Source: Camelus ferus (lineage: Eukaryota). From it: a stretch of DNA of 64,000 nt. The translations under genes were made by a program, and so were the position numbers. The DNA lies in assembly GCF_009834535.1 (NCBI RefSeq), contig NC_045697.1, positions 66,776,001-66,840,000 of the forward strand. The letters run 5' to 3'. Below are positions 50,180 through 63,160 of the stretch, piece after piece (the stretch's first letter is position 1; each line of letters starts with the position of its first letter). The notes below the pieces were generated by a model that saw only the letters and a program-made list of their open reading frames with translations, did no database searches and was not told where the DNA came from.

Positions 50180-51720
50180 AACTCAGTTTATATATAGACA
50201 ATGAAAATCTCAAAATGCTTCTTTTCTATCCTCATTTTGCTTATAATTTCTCCAGGTATTCTTTTCTGGATTTGAAATACTTTTCCCTCAGAATTTTGAA
50301 GACACCACTCTATTTTATTCTAGTTTATGGTTTTGCAGTAGAAGATTAAATGCCATAACTTATTTTTAATCTATATATATATATAAATAAATTTAGGGTC
50401 TCCCTTTGTCTTGAAGGTTTTAAAATTTTATAATAACATACTTTAGTCTGGATCTATTCATATACTCTGGATCCTTTCATATTAGAAAATCATGATTTTG
50501 GGTTATGGGAATCTTGCACTATTTATTTATTTGTTTGTTTGATAATTTCCTCCCTCTGTTGTCTCAGGTCTTCCTTTCTGGAGATATTATTCAGATGTTG
50601 AATTTCCTGGATTGATGCTCCAGTTTACTTAACTTTTATTTTTTTGTGTGCAATTTTTTTTAGTTTTTAATAATTTTTATTATATATTTTTACTGAAGTA
50701 TAGTCACTTTACAATGTTGTGTCAATTTCTGGTGTATGTCATACATGAACATACATATTCATTTTCATATTATTTTTCATCATAAGTTACTGCAAGATAT
50801 TGAATATAGTTCCCTGTGCTATACAGTATGAACTTGTTGTTGTTTATCTATTTTATATGTATTGGTTAGTATCTGCAAATCTCAAACTCCCAATTTATCC
50901 CTTCCCACCTCCTTCCCCCCTGGTAACCATAAGTTTGTTTTCTATGTCTGTGAGTCTGTTTCTGTTTTGTAAATAAGTTCATTTGTCTTTTTTTTTTTTT
51001 TTAAGATTCCATATATAAGTGATATCATATGATATTTTTCTTTCTCTTTCTGGCTTACTTCACTTAGAATGACAATCTCCAGGCCCATCCATGTTGCTGC
51101 AAATGGCATTATTTTATTCTTTTTTATGGCTGAGTAGTATTCTAGTGTATAAATATACCACAACTTCTTTATCCAGTCATCTGTTGACAATTAGGTTGTT
51201 TCCATGTCTCGGCTATTGTAAACAGTGCTTCCATGAACGTTGGGGTGCATGTATCTTTTTGAATTAAGGTTCCCTCTGGATATATGCCCAGGAGTGGGAT
51301 TGCTGGATCATATGGTAAGTCTATTTTTAGTCTTTTAAGGAATTCCCATACTGTTTTCCAGAACAGCTGCACCAAACTACTACTTAACTTTTCCATATCT
51401 ATGTTTTGATAGATATTACATGAGGTTTCCTAATCTTCATTTCAGTTCACCTACTGACATTTTTAATGTAATCATATTTTCAGAGTTCCTTATTGTTACT
51501 CCCTTTTTGTAGCAACATGTTCTTTTATTATTGATGTAATGCACTTTTTATAAAGCTGAGAGGATTAATAAGGTTTTTTTTTTTTTTAAGTTTTAAAATT
51601 TCCTTCCATGTAGTGTTTCTTCTAAGGGGCTTATCTCTATGTATTTGTTTTGTTTTCAGTCTTTGATGTTAGAGGCTTTCTTCGTGTATCTATTGACCCT
51701 AATTAGTGGCTTATATATAA
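50180..51720 (-). mobile_element. Ancient L1M (L1ME-like) 5'/ORF1-region remnant hosting a younger L1
   Basis: ttttccctcagaattttgaagacaccactc; ataatttcctccctctgttgtctc..ctttctggaga..ttattcagatgttgaatttcctggattga. The pattern resumes after 51392. Confidence 0.65.
50638..51380 (-). mobile_element. Young 5'-truncated L1 (ORF2 C-terminus plus 3' UTR) with perfect 12-bp TSD
   Basis: Minus-strand ORFs [28 protein letters not shown] and WIKKLWYIYTLEYYSAIKKNKIMPFAATWM are the L1 ORF2 C-terminus. TSD tacttaactttt at 50626-50637 and 51381-51392. Confidence 0.97.
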
Positions 51721-52749
51721 GAGAATGGAATTCTCTAAAAGCTGGTTGGAAACTTTGTATGTATGGGTACCTCTTGTCACCAGTGGGCCTTGCTGTAGGA
51801 TAATATTGCAGGGCTGTTTCACTGAGAAACTTCCAATATCCCCATCTTTAGGTATTTTGTTTGTTTTTGACTTTGTCAAATTCCTGAGTAAAGAAGGCAT
51901 AAGGCAGGCTGCACTGAGTTCTGGAAGCCATGAGGGTAGGAGGTAGAGTCAATATCCAGTGTAAATGCTCAGTGAATGTTTGTAGTAGGTGGTACCCCTG
52001 CCCCTCTCTCTGCTTGGTGTCCTGCAGTCCCTCACCTTGATTGTAAACAATGAAAATAAGGAAGGCATCTCAGTGACATTATGTTAGATTTACTCTTATA
52101 GTCTGCTGCAGGGGTGGGGAAGAAATGCTACCAGCCTGTATGGAATGGGAAGGATGGCTGAAGCTCGAACTACTTCTGAAACAGGTTTTCAGCCTCCATC
52201 TCTTTTCAGTACTCCTGCACTCCCACTTCTAAAGGGAACTGGTGGTGTCACTGCAGTTTGGGGGGGTAAGTGGCAGGATTATTTTGCTTCTTGGCTTCTC
52301 CCTACCTTTGGCTTAGGAATCAGCATTCTCAGCTTTATTAAATCAGTTACTGCTTCTGGTTAGTAGGTTTTTATTACTAGTGTCTTTTTCTTTTATATTG
52401 TTCTTTTTTTTAAAGCCCCTTTTCTTGTTCTTGTAGTGAAATTTTGTAATTATAATACTCTGTAATCTACCCTTTTCAATAAAAATTATATTTTAACAAT
52501 CTTTCCTGTCAATAAATATCAACATTTTAGTAACTACATAGGAGTCTTTTTTTTAGAGATCTAACTTATCCCCTACTGTTGTAAACATGGTTTGTTGTAA
52601 GCAGTATTACAAAGAATCTCCTTCTGGCTAAATTTTATATCAGTATTTTATTTAAATAAATTTAAAATGTGAGAAAATAATGAATCCTCTCTTAAAATGT
52701 TTCTTACAAAATGACATCTTATTTCCGTTAGTGTGAGGGTGTTTCTTTT

Positions 52750-52905
52750 CTACTGTAGACCATTTGGTGTGAACAGTCTAACCTTTTCCCAGCAGATGGT
52801 AAACTCTGTGTATGTTTAGTTCATTCTTCTTACCCAGCTGGACCTGGAACAGGGTAGGTACCCAATATGTATTTGCTAAGTAGACATGTGCGTAATGAAT
52901 GAATT
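52750..52905 (+). mobile_element. L2 3' terminal fragment
   Basis: acctggaacagggtaggtacccaatatgtatttgctaag..aatgaatgaa. Confidence 0.65.
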
Positions 52906-53278
52906 TTCATTTTTTATTTTAAAAACTTCAAGGATCAGGGGCCTGGTATGGAAGGAAGCAGGATGTAATACATATTAAATATCTTACTTTCATCACTTTG
53001 AGTTACTCTGAGGTAACTCAGGTCAAAAAGTTAGTAAGATTGAGAGCCAGATTTAAAAGAAGGAAGCCCCTTGTGGCAGGGTGATATATAGTCATACCAA
53101 CAGCCACTGCACCTGGAGAACAGGCAGTGCTGAGGCATTTGTGCAGGCAAACTCGTAACAGATTTGGCCTTTGGGAATTTAACTTAAGGATCAGCACCCT
53201 ATTTTATAGAGATTATTATCTCTTGTTGGGATTAATTGTGTGGTTGGATTAAGTAAATAATATTTGCTTAATATAGTA

Positions 53279-53453
53279 ACAGGTTTCTCAGTGGAATCTG
53301 CACATGATCTGTCTCAGAATCACATGCGATCTTGTTGAATATGCACTTCCCTTGGCTCACCTGAGACCTATGGAATCAGAATCACTGTGGGTGGCCCGGG
53401 ATTCTGAACATAACAAGCTCTTCATATGCACATTACAACCAGAATGTCTGCTG
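53279..53453. mobile_element. MER5-type hAT DNA transposon
   Basis: tcagaatcacatgcgatcttgttgaatatgcac..agacctatggaatcagaatcactgtgggtggcccgggattctg..taacaagctc. Confidence 0.8.
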
Positions 53454-54109
53454 TAGACTTAAATACTGTTGGAGGAAGTTGTTGGAGAAAGTTAGGTGCA
53501 CGTCTTATATAAATTTGGAGAATCTAATGAGACATTAGAATTAATAACTGGAAAATTCTGATAAATCGATCTAACATATTTTATTGCTTTTTCCTTCAAT
53601 TATTACTCTAAGAATTCAGCTGATTGGCAGCACACAGAAAGTCAGGAAAATTCATCACAGATCTTTTTCTTAACTCTTCATTCTCTGATATAACCAACAA
53701 TTGGAGGCACTCATTTGTAGTTAAAAAAGTAACAAATGATACACTGTACCCATCTATTGTCTATATTGCAGTTCTGATCAAGAATTTGCTTTTTAACCCA
53801 ACATCTTTTAGATGACATTTTTGTTGCAATTTTGTTTAACTGTAGGCAAACTGGATGTGTTGAGATTTTAAATCAAACACTGCTCAGGGTGACAGATTTA
53901 TACAGTGACAGCCTGTATGAAAGCTCTTAACAACGATGCCTGAAATCTAATAGGTGTCAGTCAACACATGCTGCTTTCTTGAGCATCATTACTTTCCAAA
54001 AGTGGTGGTAGAGAAGAAAATACGAAAATTATCTGAGTGATATGTCAACCTGTGTTAACGAAACATTGTCGTAACTATTGAAAAGGTAAAAAAACTGGAT
54101 TTTTCCAGG

Positions 54110-54300
54110 AATACTAACATTTATCAAGTATTCTTATGTAACATGCACACTCTGAGCCTTGACATGAGGTAAGTGCTTATAATTATCTCCATTTTAATGA
54201 TAAGAAAATGAAGCACAGTGATATTATAAAGTTATTCAATGTCAACTAACTGGTAGATAGTAAACCTTGCTTTGAACCCATAAAAATCTGTTTCTAGACA
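54110..54300 (-). mobile_element. MIR SINE
   Basis: attatctccattttaatgataagaaaatgaagcacag..; tttgaaccca. Confidence 0.7.
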
Positions 54301-54504
54301 TCATGTCTACTAGCGTGTATTCCATTGAAGATATAGAACCATCGCTACCATGGTAGGTAGTCACTTGTGCTCGTAAAAACTGATGAGGATGATCTATCTT
54401 TTGAAATATATCTTGATAACTTAGTTTTCATCTTCTGACTCAATTTTGCAGATTAAGTATTTCTAAAGATTTCTTTTAAAAATACATGATATACCTAAAG
54501 TAAA

Positions 54505-54690
54505 GAGACCAGTAGAAAGTTTTAGGGCCCAAACAATCTGAGTTTAAATGCTTGCTTCATGGTTTATCAACTGTGTGCAGAGCACTTAAACTTTGAGTCT
54601 TAATTTTCTCATCTGAAAATGGAAATGATAATATTTACCCATAGTATTACCATACACAGTAGAGATAATCTGTATAATAGTGTCTCATTG
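54505..54690 (+). mobile_element. MIR SINE
   Basis: cacttaaactttgagtcttaattttctcatctgaaaatggaaatgataata. Confidence 0.75.
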
Positions 54691-54947
54691 AATTCCTTGA
54701 TCTCAATCAAATACAGTGTATGATAACTTAATATATAAACCATTATTCTGAAAAGATTATGAAATATATGAGATATATTATATGAGATATATTATGTAGA
54801 AGGTATATTTTTTAACATATCAAAACATCAGAATATGTTTTCTGTTTCAATCTTTTAAGTATCATGAATGCCTAATGTTTTGTTTAATATTATTCTTTGG
54901 ACAGAAGACTGAATGGGCTATGCCACAGATTCTTAAATTAGACTTAA

Positions 54948-55133
<186 letters not shown>

Positions 55134-56104
55134 TAAATTTTTTAAATCTCGTTTTAACAGAGTGTCATCCTTATTGACTATAGAATTGTAGGCTGGTGTT
55201 TCCAAGAACACAGTTGGGGGATTGTGCCTAACCCCATTAACTCAGAGCTGTGCCTGTATGTAGAAAAGGAAGGACTGAATCACACTTTGCCCTGAAATGA
55301 TGTTCTGAGATTTTTCTTCCTCCAGACATCACTTGTGCACGTGAATATAGAGCACGGATCCAAGGGTCCATGTCAAGGAGCAAGAATCATTTTTTTTTTT
55401 TTTTCAAAAGATCTTGCCCCCTCCTGCCAAAATAAATGCAACAGCAGGTGGTGTCAAATGTGTCGGGGGGGTTTTTGTTTGTTTGCTTTAACCATTTATT
55501 ATGCTGATGGTGTTAGTGCTTTGGAAAGAACACCGAAGCTGTTAGGAATATTCATAAACCGACTCTGGGAAGTGGTGTGGCCATAGAGCTCATGTGAGTC
55601 CCCCAGATGTTCAGAAAGATGTCGAAGTACTAGAGAATAAACCCTTAGTAGATAATCATGTTTGTATAAATGCTTTCTAATGTTTGAAACTGGACTATTT
55701 GCCTCTTTCTTCCTTGTACATCTTTATGCAGCCACACCCTTTTTGCTGGTCACTACCCCTGCATTTACTCCCCAGGGTGAGGACAGCAGTGGATAAAGAG
55801 GCATAGCCTCATGAGGCCAGAGTGTGCCCAGGGAGGAGTGGCTGGGTTACCCTGACATGTGTGGATCTCAGAAGTTAAAATGTCAGCGAAGCAGAGTCTC
55901 CCTGAAGGAGGGTAATACCCAAATAGATGGGCTGCTAGGTTTGAAGTCTAGGCAGAGTATCCCAGCAACCATTAGGAAGGAGCATGAAGCTGAGAGCTGA
56001 GTTGAAGATTTTTTTTTCCATTCTGAGACTTTTTTTTTTAAGCTTCATATGAAGGAGAATCTAATTTAAGCTTACCAGTGTATCCTGTAATATGTATTTC
56101 AAGA

Positions 56105-56310
56105 AATATGTATTAACTGAGCGATGCAAGGAGAAAATTGGGGTATATTCATAAATATGTCTCATTTAATAAGCACAGCAACTCAGCATGGTAGGGAATG
56201 CTTATTTCCTACCCTTAAATGTAAGAAATTCAGGGCCCAGAGAGGTCTAGTAACTTGGCTTTTATACGACAGGACAGAGTTGCAATCTGTGAGTCTTATG
56301 CCAAGGTAAA
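56105..56310 (-). mobile_element. MIR SINE
   Basis: tctcatttaat..; taagaaattcagggcccagagaggtctagtaacttggc. Confidence 0.65.
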
Positions 56311-56639
56311 ATGATTCCAGAGCTCAGACAGTATTTCCTGGGGAACACTACCTCTTTGTGGTAAACAGAAAAAGTATCAGGAGAATTACAAAGCTTTCTG
56401 AAGAAGGGAAAATTAGCAGGAGGAGGCATATTTAAGGAGGTATTTTACTACTTTGACTGAGTCCGTAGTAATTAAGAATAAATCTTTGCATGCCCTTCCC
56501 TTTGAGCAATAATTCTGGTAATTGTATGTTCAGGTTTTCCAAAATTATCCCAATTTCAAATATTTTGTCCTATTTTCCCAAAGGCCATTGACATGTCCTA
56601 AGTTGATTTGGGAGAAGGTGTTCAGGCATGGTTAACCCA

Positions 56640-57870
56640 GTGCACATTTTCTGTGGTGAGAAGGGGAAGCTTGGAGGGTAGGCGGAGACATGGGAGGACT
56701 TGAGCCTGGAGATGGGAAATATTACTGTGGTCTGAAGGGGATGCTTAAGTAGGAGTGGCAGTGGAGATTGACATGATTTGATTTGCCTTTTTGAAAAATG
56801 TTCTCTGCTGCAGAGTACTGAATGTATTAGAGGGAAACAAAAGTGAATTCAAGCACAAAAGCAGCCAGGTGATAGAAACTGAAAAGTAGATTCAGGAAGG
56901 ACAGTGTATGTGAGAGAAAATGATCTTGGACTGTGGTGATGCTGGTGCAGGTGAGAGCTGGATGTGTTGGAGAAGTATTTTGAAGGAAAGTTTTATGTTG
57001 ATGAAATGGATATGGGAGGGGGCCAACAGGGACTTCACCAGTTGGTGGGTGTGCATTTAGGTGCATCTTGTAGCCTTTTGATGAAAGACTACAGAGAAAA
57101 ATAATCAAGTTTCAATCTGGACATGTTGAGTTTAAGGTTTCTGACACATCCAGATGGAGAGCTCAAAGAGTAAGCAGTAGAATGGGTTTGGAGCTCAGAT
57201 AAGAGGTTAGGAAGAATAAACATAGCATGAGTAGAAAATCAGTCAGTTTTTGCTATGAAATAAGCAGCCTCAAAATCACAGTGGCTTACAAATAAAAGCG
57301 TTTATTATTTCATTGCTGGGTTTACAGGTGGGCTGCAGCTGTGCTGGGCTCTGCTGGACTAGGTGGGCTTGGCTTTAGGCTACTGCTTGGGTTCAGACCT
57401 GCTCCTAATGTTTCTCATTCTTCTTGGACCAGCAACTGCTCATATGAGTTTGAGGGAGCAACCTCTTGCAGCTTCTGCTTGTGTCATGTCCTCTGACATT
57501 CTGTTTACCAAAACTAGGGACATCCTCAAGCCCAAAGCCAGTGGGAAGCCATGTTTAGGATGTGGCATGAACACTTGAGAACAACAATAGACCAATCCAA
57601 TCTACCAGAGTAGGACTGAGCCTGGAGACATTTGATGTTTGAGTAAAATGGGCTCTCCCCAGGAGACTGGGAATTAGCAGTAAAGCAGTGAAGGTGGTGT
57701 CATCGAAGCCAGGTTTCCAGAGGGAGGAAGTAAGGTCAGCCTTATTAGATGTTATTAGGAGAAGGACTGAGACACAGCAGTCAGATTTATTGACCTTGAT
57801 AACTGCAGTTTAGAAATAGTTAATGTGGAAGGAGATAGGGACGCCAGATTGGAATGGTTTGTGAATTATG
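56640..57870 (-). mobile_element. L2 LINE fragment interrupted by an MLT1 LTR
   Basis: gacatgatttgatttgcctttttgaaaa..ctctgctgcag; tggacatgttgagtttaaggt..gacacatccagatggag; resumes after 57610 with ggtgtcatcgaagccagg..tgaccttga..gccagattggaatgg. Confidence 0.75.
57238..57609 (-). mobile_element. MLT1-family (MaLR) solo LTR
   Basis: agtcagtttttgct..caaaatcacagtggcttacaa..tttatt; cttctgcttgtgtcatgtcctctgacattc; end caatctaccaga. Confidence 0.8.
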
Positions 57871-58084
57871 TGGTTTCCAGCCTTTGACTTCTGATAGCAA
57901 AGAAAAATGAAATAAAAATAGCAATCGGTAGCAATGGAGCTCCTCCAAAAAAAGTGAGTATACTGTGATAGTCAGCGTGCCTCAGTTAACGCCTAGAAGT
58001 CAACAGAAAACCAATACAGAGCTTTTATACTACTAGCACGTTTACTTCCACCCAGCTCTGATCATCACAGCATTCCTATACAGA

Positions 58085-58160
58085 ACATAGCATTATCTGT
58101 TTTCCAGGTGAGAAATCTGAGACCCTGAGAGGTTAAGTAATTTTCACTAGGTCACTCATT
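58085..58160 (-). mobile_element. MIR core fragment
   Basis: ttttccaggtgagaaatctgagaccctgagaggttaagtaattttcactaggtcac. Confidence 0.75.
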
Positions 58161-61100
58161 TTTCATGCGCAAATGACTGAAAAAAAAAATTGTGGCCAAG
58201 TTTCCAAAGTCCTGAATTTTTGACCAGAAGCTAACTCTTGGCAATCAAAGGAGCAGAAATATGCACTCTTACGTAAAATGCATATCCATTTTGCTAAGGA
58301 GTTGCTGACTCCAGTTAATCTGAGAGCTGAGATCATTCATGTCTGAATCACAGGACCTACTTTTGTTCCTGTGCCCTAAGACCTAAAACAGATCAGGCCT
58401 TTCTGCCTCCATTCCTGTAAGCCCTCCGAGTCAGTCCTTCTCACGCTGTCTCTCATCAAAGCCTTCCCCCTCAGTAAGTTGTGCACCGGTACTCTCTAAA
58501 GTACAGTCAAAATGAGTTACTAGAAAAGTTAATTTAAAAATAATTGCAAATTGTCTGCTGTGTTTTTCTCTTATCTATTAATTAGATTCAACAGAGCTAA
58601 ATTTATTGCTGTACAAGTTTCAATTTCTATATTAATGTACTCACAGACCAGTAACAAGTGGTTTGCAAGGGAACAAGTACACTTTGAGAAATATTACACA
58701 AAATCTTGCACTCACAGGTAAAACAATTCTAAGACAAGGTGTGTTTGCTTGAGACGTACATAAGGGCTGGTCAAAGCTATCTGCCCTGAGGCCTTGTACC
58801 AGGCAGATCTTAGCCAAGCTGGGTGCTCCAGGATGGTCTCGTGCTCATTACCACTTACTTCCACGTGCCTGCAGAGAATAATCCAAAAAGTGGCCCAAAT
58901 CAAAAGCGCATCATACTTAGAAGAGATTCTGAAATCCCACATGATAATTCAGTGCATGTGCAAAGTATAGAGGGTTTTTTTTTTTAACTCTTCGTAAGTA
59001 CCATCAATCACTTTACCAGCCAACGCCAAGGCCAAAGTCATTCTTGGCCTTGATTCCTATCAGGTATAGTGTGTCTGCTTCCAAAATTTATGCCATTTAC
59101 GTTGCCTAATGGCATGCGAGTTAGAGGATGTAGTGCAAATATATCATGCTGAGTACAGTATTAGAACCATTTTTTAATACCCATAATTCAAAGCCTGGGT
59201 GAAGCCAGTGTCCTGTCTCCCTCAATATAACATCTGTCTTCTGAATACCTTTCCAGGTATTACACTGCGTTGTTTTACCCTTCTTACTCCATTTCCACAT
59301 TCTATTCCTGGGACCTCAGACTATCACTACATGCCTTGAATGCAGCAAAGTCTTCTTAATTAACTCTTTTTATATGACTTTCACCATGCCAGTGTTCTGT
59401 CTGATTTTCCTGTCCCAGCAGGCATGATCTCGGCCCTGTTTATTTTTTTCTCTGTATAATCTCGTCCTGCTTTATGTGTCCTCCCTTGTTTTTCTTGACA
59501 TGATCTGTGATAGTCATTTATGTCCCTCTCTTGCCACCTCCCTCGAGTTCTGCTCTCTCACACAAGTCTATCCAGTTCTAAAAAAAAAATGTTTTTTCAC
59601 TCTTTTTCAAGGTAATTTAAAATATTTCCTCATTTATCTTACTGGATTCTGACCAAAAAGTCTATCTGGGCAGTTTTCACAGTTTATAGGTATAATAAAT
59701 CACATCGGATGTTTGCACAAAGACTGTGCAAACGACACCAGGCTGCCTAAAGGAGGAATGAGATAAGTCTCCACTGTATCTGGAAGAGTGAGAGAGGGCC
59801 GAAGGGAAAGCTTAGGGGCTTAATAGAAAGTAAACAGTGTAGGGCTCATTACAGTCATACATAGAGAACCATTGAAGACTTTTGAGCAGGGTGGAAACTG
59901 TAAGGTTTATCAGGCAGTGCTGTACAGAGCCCTTATACAAAGTTTGTATTAACCCAAAGCTTCTAAACTCTTGCAGAATGTGGTGGTGTGAGTTTTCAGA
60001 GAGGTGCTCCTGACCCAGGTCTCAGAGTGTTTACAGTGCGCCTTGTTCTCATTCGTGTGTACATCTTCCATTCATCCAGTTCATTTTACTGAGCTTTATG
60101 ACCTTTTTTTCTCCCAGTAGAAGATGTTGAATTAAAACCATTTCACTTATGAGAATGGCAAGCCCTTCTTCAGAACTTAGAATTTAGTTGGAAGAGGACA
60201 TAGTTTCAAATTCACTCATGAAGTATTTTCTAAGGAATAACTCTACTTTCATGCCTCTCAGTCATAAATGAGACTTAAATGGGCCCATTTGTTGTTGGAC
60301 TTAATAGAAAGTGAGGTGCAGGGCTCTTTGCAATTACACATAGGCACCGCTGAAGATACTTGAGCTGGAAGGAAGACATCAGATTTCTTGGGCAGCGCTG
60401 TATGGAATGGGTTGGTCTAGAGCGGAGTGGGGACGTCCTGCCAGAAGGACGTCAGGGCAGTCTCAGTGAGAGGTAGGGAGGGTCTGCACAGGGTGGTGGG
60501 GGTGAGAATATGCAGGTGCTTGTTTAATATAGAAATTGAGACAAATTCAAAAACTCTTGGACCTCAAAGGAGAAAAGGGAACAAAACGCTAAACCACTTG
60601 GCATGGCTTCCAGGGAATAATGTATGATAGTTAGACTTCCCTGAGGAGGGAGTAACAAGGCCTCTGTCACACTGCAACTTCATCATTAGCGCTGTGACTC
60701 TCAGAGGAAAGGCCGGAGAGAGGGAGCAGTGACAGTCTTATCTGTCTGACCCTCTTTTCCTCTATCTCTTGAGAATCCACCCACCTAAGAAGATAAAGGA
60801 AAATGTATATAAACCTTAGGATTCTGTTACTCCAGGAATTTAAAATTTTTTTTTGAAAATTAAATAGAAGTTTAATAGAACTTGGCTCAACATTGTTCTT
60901 TGCTTTTTTCCCATCAGTAGAAAGGACTTCGTTAGCTTATGCTTTCTGTCCCTACTGCGTGAAGTTGAATGACTTCGTCTTTCCTAGGATCGATGGCCTT
61001 TAGGGACTTTGAGCTCATCAAAAGCAAAGGCTGCATCGTCCTCACCCTTGCTTCTCAGCTCGTAACTCCATCTGAGGCATAGTGTGCTTCATAAATGCAG

Positions 61101-62222
61101 AATTAACTACTGTCAGCAAAGCTCTAAGCAGCTTTCAGCTCTTTTAGTTAACTAAGATCTACATGATTTAAATAGCAAGTCTAGAAGTTGTGTGTATCTT
61201 TGAGTTTCCCTGTGACAGAAAACATTGAAAACTTTGTTAACTCCCTTCAGTGGGAAATAGATATTTTAGAAGACAATGTTCTCAAGGACCTATTTATAAC
61301 TGACCTAAAACAAGCAGCCTTTTCAAATAGATTCTGAGTGACACTTAAATTTGAAAGAAATTTAAGAATTCTAGAGTTTCTCACATACTGAAAAAAAATT
61401 GGAATACATAATTCAATTCATTTTGTTTGGAATAAATAAATTGATCAGTATAGAGGGCTATTAATCCCTGTGAGCAGATGCACTTGAGCAAAGAATCCAG
61501 TTATATAATCAGTTTTTGTTAAGAGCAGAATTTTAAACTATTTAATAATTAAATAATAATTTTTGAGTTACTTAATAACTTTAAAGTTATTTTAATAATG
61601 CTTTAAAATTTCCTATCACCTGGATTGAACAGAGCAGATATACTTTTTATTTTAAAAGTATTAATACTTTAAAAATCATTTTATAGTTAAATTAATCTTT
61701 ATAAAGATCTAAACCATTAAAAGAAAACTTCTACAATAGTCCCTTCTCAACTACGGTAGTTACCCTGGGATTTACAAGAAAGAAATGTGAGATCTTAGTG
61801 GAAGAACAGAGGTAAAAGGACCGAGACTTGGGTAAACCTTATACACACTGTACTCACTAAAATAAAACAATAAATAAAGCCCCTTCAGTAAAGATGCTGT
61901 CAGAGCAATTTTAGACATACTATGAAATTGGTTTCTAACCATTCTGTAAGAACTGGTGAGTGAGTTAAGGTCCAGAAGGCCATTTTTAAATCCAGTTGAC
62001 CCAGATGAAGCAAAGCTTTCGATTTCTGGATACACACCCATCTGAAGAGTATCATTTGGTCCCTCAAAACATTACAGTAGGTAAATCTCTTTCTGAAAAT
62101 CTTTTGAAGTAGTTTGTCCCCTGATCATCTTGGTATGCAACTGTTCTGTCTTGTTAATTATTATTTTTTTTAACCTATAAGACAGGGCAGCATTTTTGGA
62201 ATGTTACGTCAATTGTCTTCTT

Positions 62223-62434
62223 CTTTTAATTGAAGTATAGTTGATTAACAATGTTACGTTAGTTTTAGGTATATGGCATAATGGTTCAGTATTTTTTAGA
62301 TCATACTCCATTTAAAGTAATTATAAAATAATGGCCTGCATCTCCCTGAGCTGTGCTGTGTATCCTTAGTAGCTTATTTTATACGGTAGTTTGTACCTCT
62401 TGGTTCCCCATCCCTGTCTTGCCTCTCCTCCCTT
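62223..62434 (-). mobile_element. Short L1 3'-UTR insertion (artiodactyl type) with 15-bp TSD
   Basis: attgaagtatagttgattaacaatgtt..tactccatttaaagtaattataaaataatggc. Flanks gtcaattgtcttctt (62208-62222) and gtcagttgtcttctt (62435-62449), one mismatch. Confidence 0.9.
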
Positions 62435-63044
62435 GTCAGTTGTCTTCTTTTAAAATTCATAATCATTATTGTAATCAAATGATTCATCCTGCATTCATGT
62501 ATACGTCTCAATGCTTTCAATTTTGTTGACAATTATTTCCCTTTTTGTTTCCTTTACGATTCTTCATCTCTTCTTGTTATCACTGCCAACACTCTGGGAA
62601 TGAGGGGGTAATAATCTATATAAAACATTGAAAACCTAAGTTTAAATAGGGTAACCAGCTGCAGAATGTTCAAATGAGAGTTAAATGCCTGTTGGGACAT
62701 TCAGCAGTCGCCTTCGGTGGTGGGTGACATTGATCAGCTTTGACTCCAGAGAGCACTTGTGTTTACGTTTGTGCTTGCTTGAGAGTTGAAAGTTCTAAGT
62801 GATTCTTAAACGTCTATAATTGTACTGCTGATTTCCAGTTAACTGTCCCTTACTAGCTAGCAATTTCAATAAGAAGCTTGTAAATTATTTTTGCTTTGTT
62901 GTAGATAATATGTACTTGAAACAGTTCTCTCACCTCCTTGCTTGTCCTCCAGCTATTTGAGTTCCCATCTGAATTGATGCCTTAGGGACACCAACTCTTT
63001 TCTCCAGGGTCTCTCTCCCTCTCCATCCCCTCTTTTTCATAATT

Positions 63045-63160
63045 CTTTTTGTATTGAAGTAACATTGGTTTATAACATTATATAAGTTTCATGTGTACAA
63101 CGTTTTATTTCTATTTCTGTATACACTACAGCGTGCTCTCCACCAAAATTTTTATTTCCA
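63045..63160 (-). mobile_element. Very short L1 3'-end fragment
   Basis: tattgaagtaacattggtttataacattatataagtttcatgtgtacaac..ctgtatacactacagcgtgctctccaccaaaa. Confidence 0.75.

Noticed and set aside
59711..59733. 9-bp-stem hairpin gtttgcaca-aagac-tgtgcaaac
   Set aside because: Too short for a pre-miRNA, and intrinsic terminators are irrelevant in this context.
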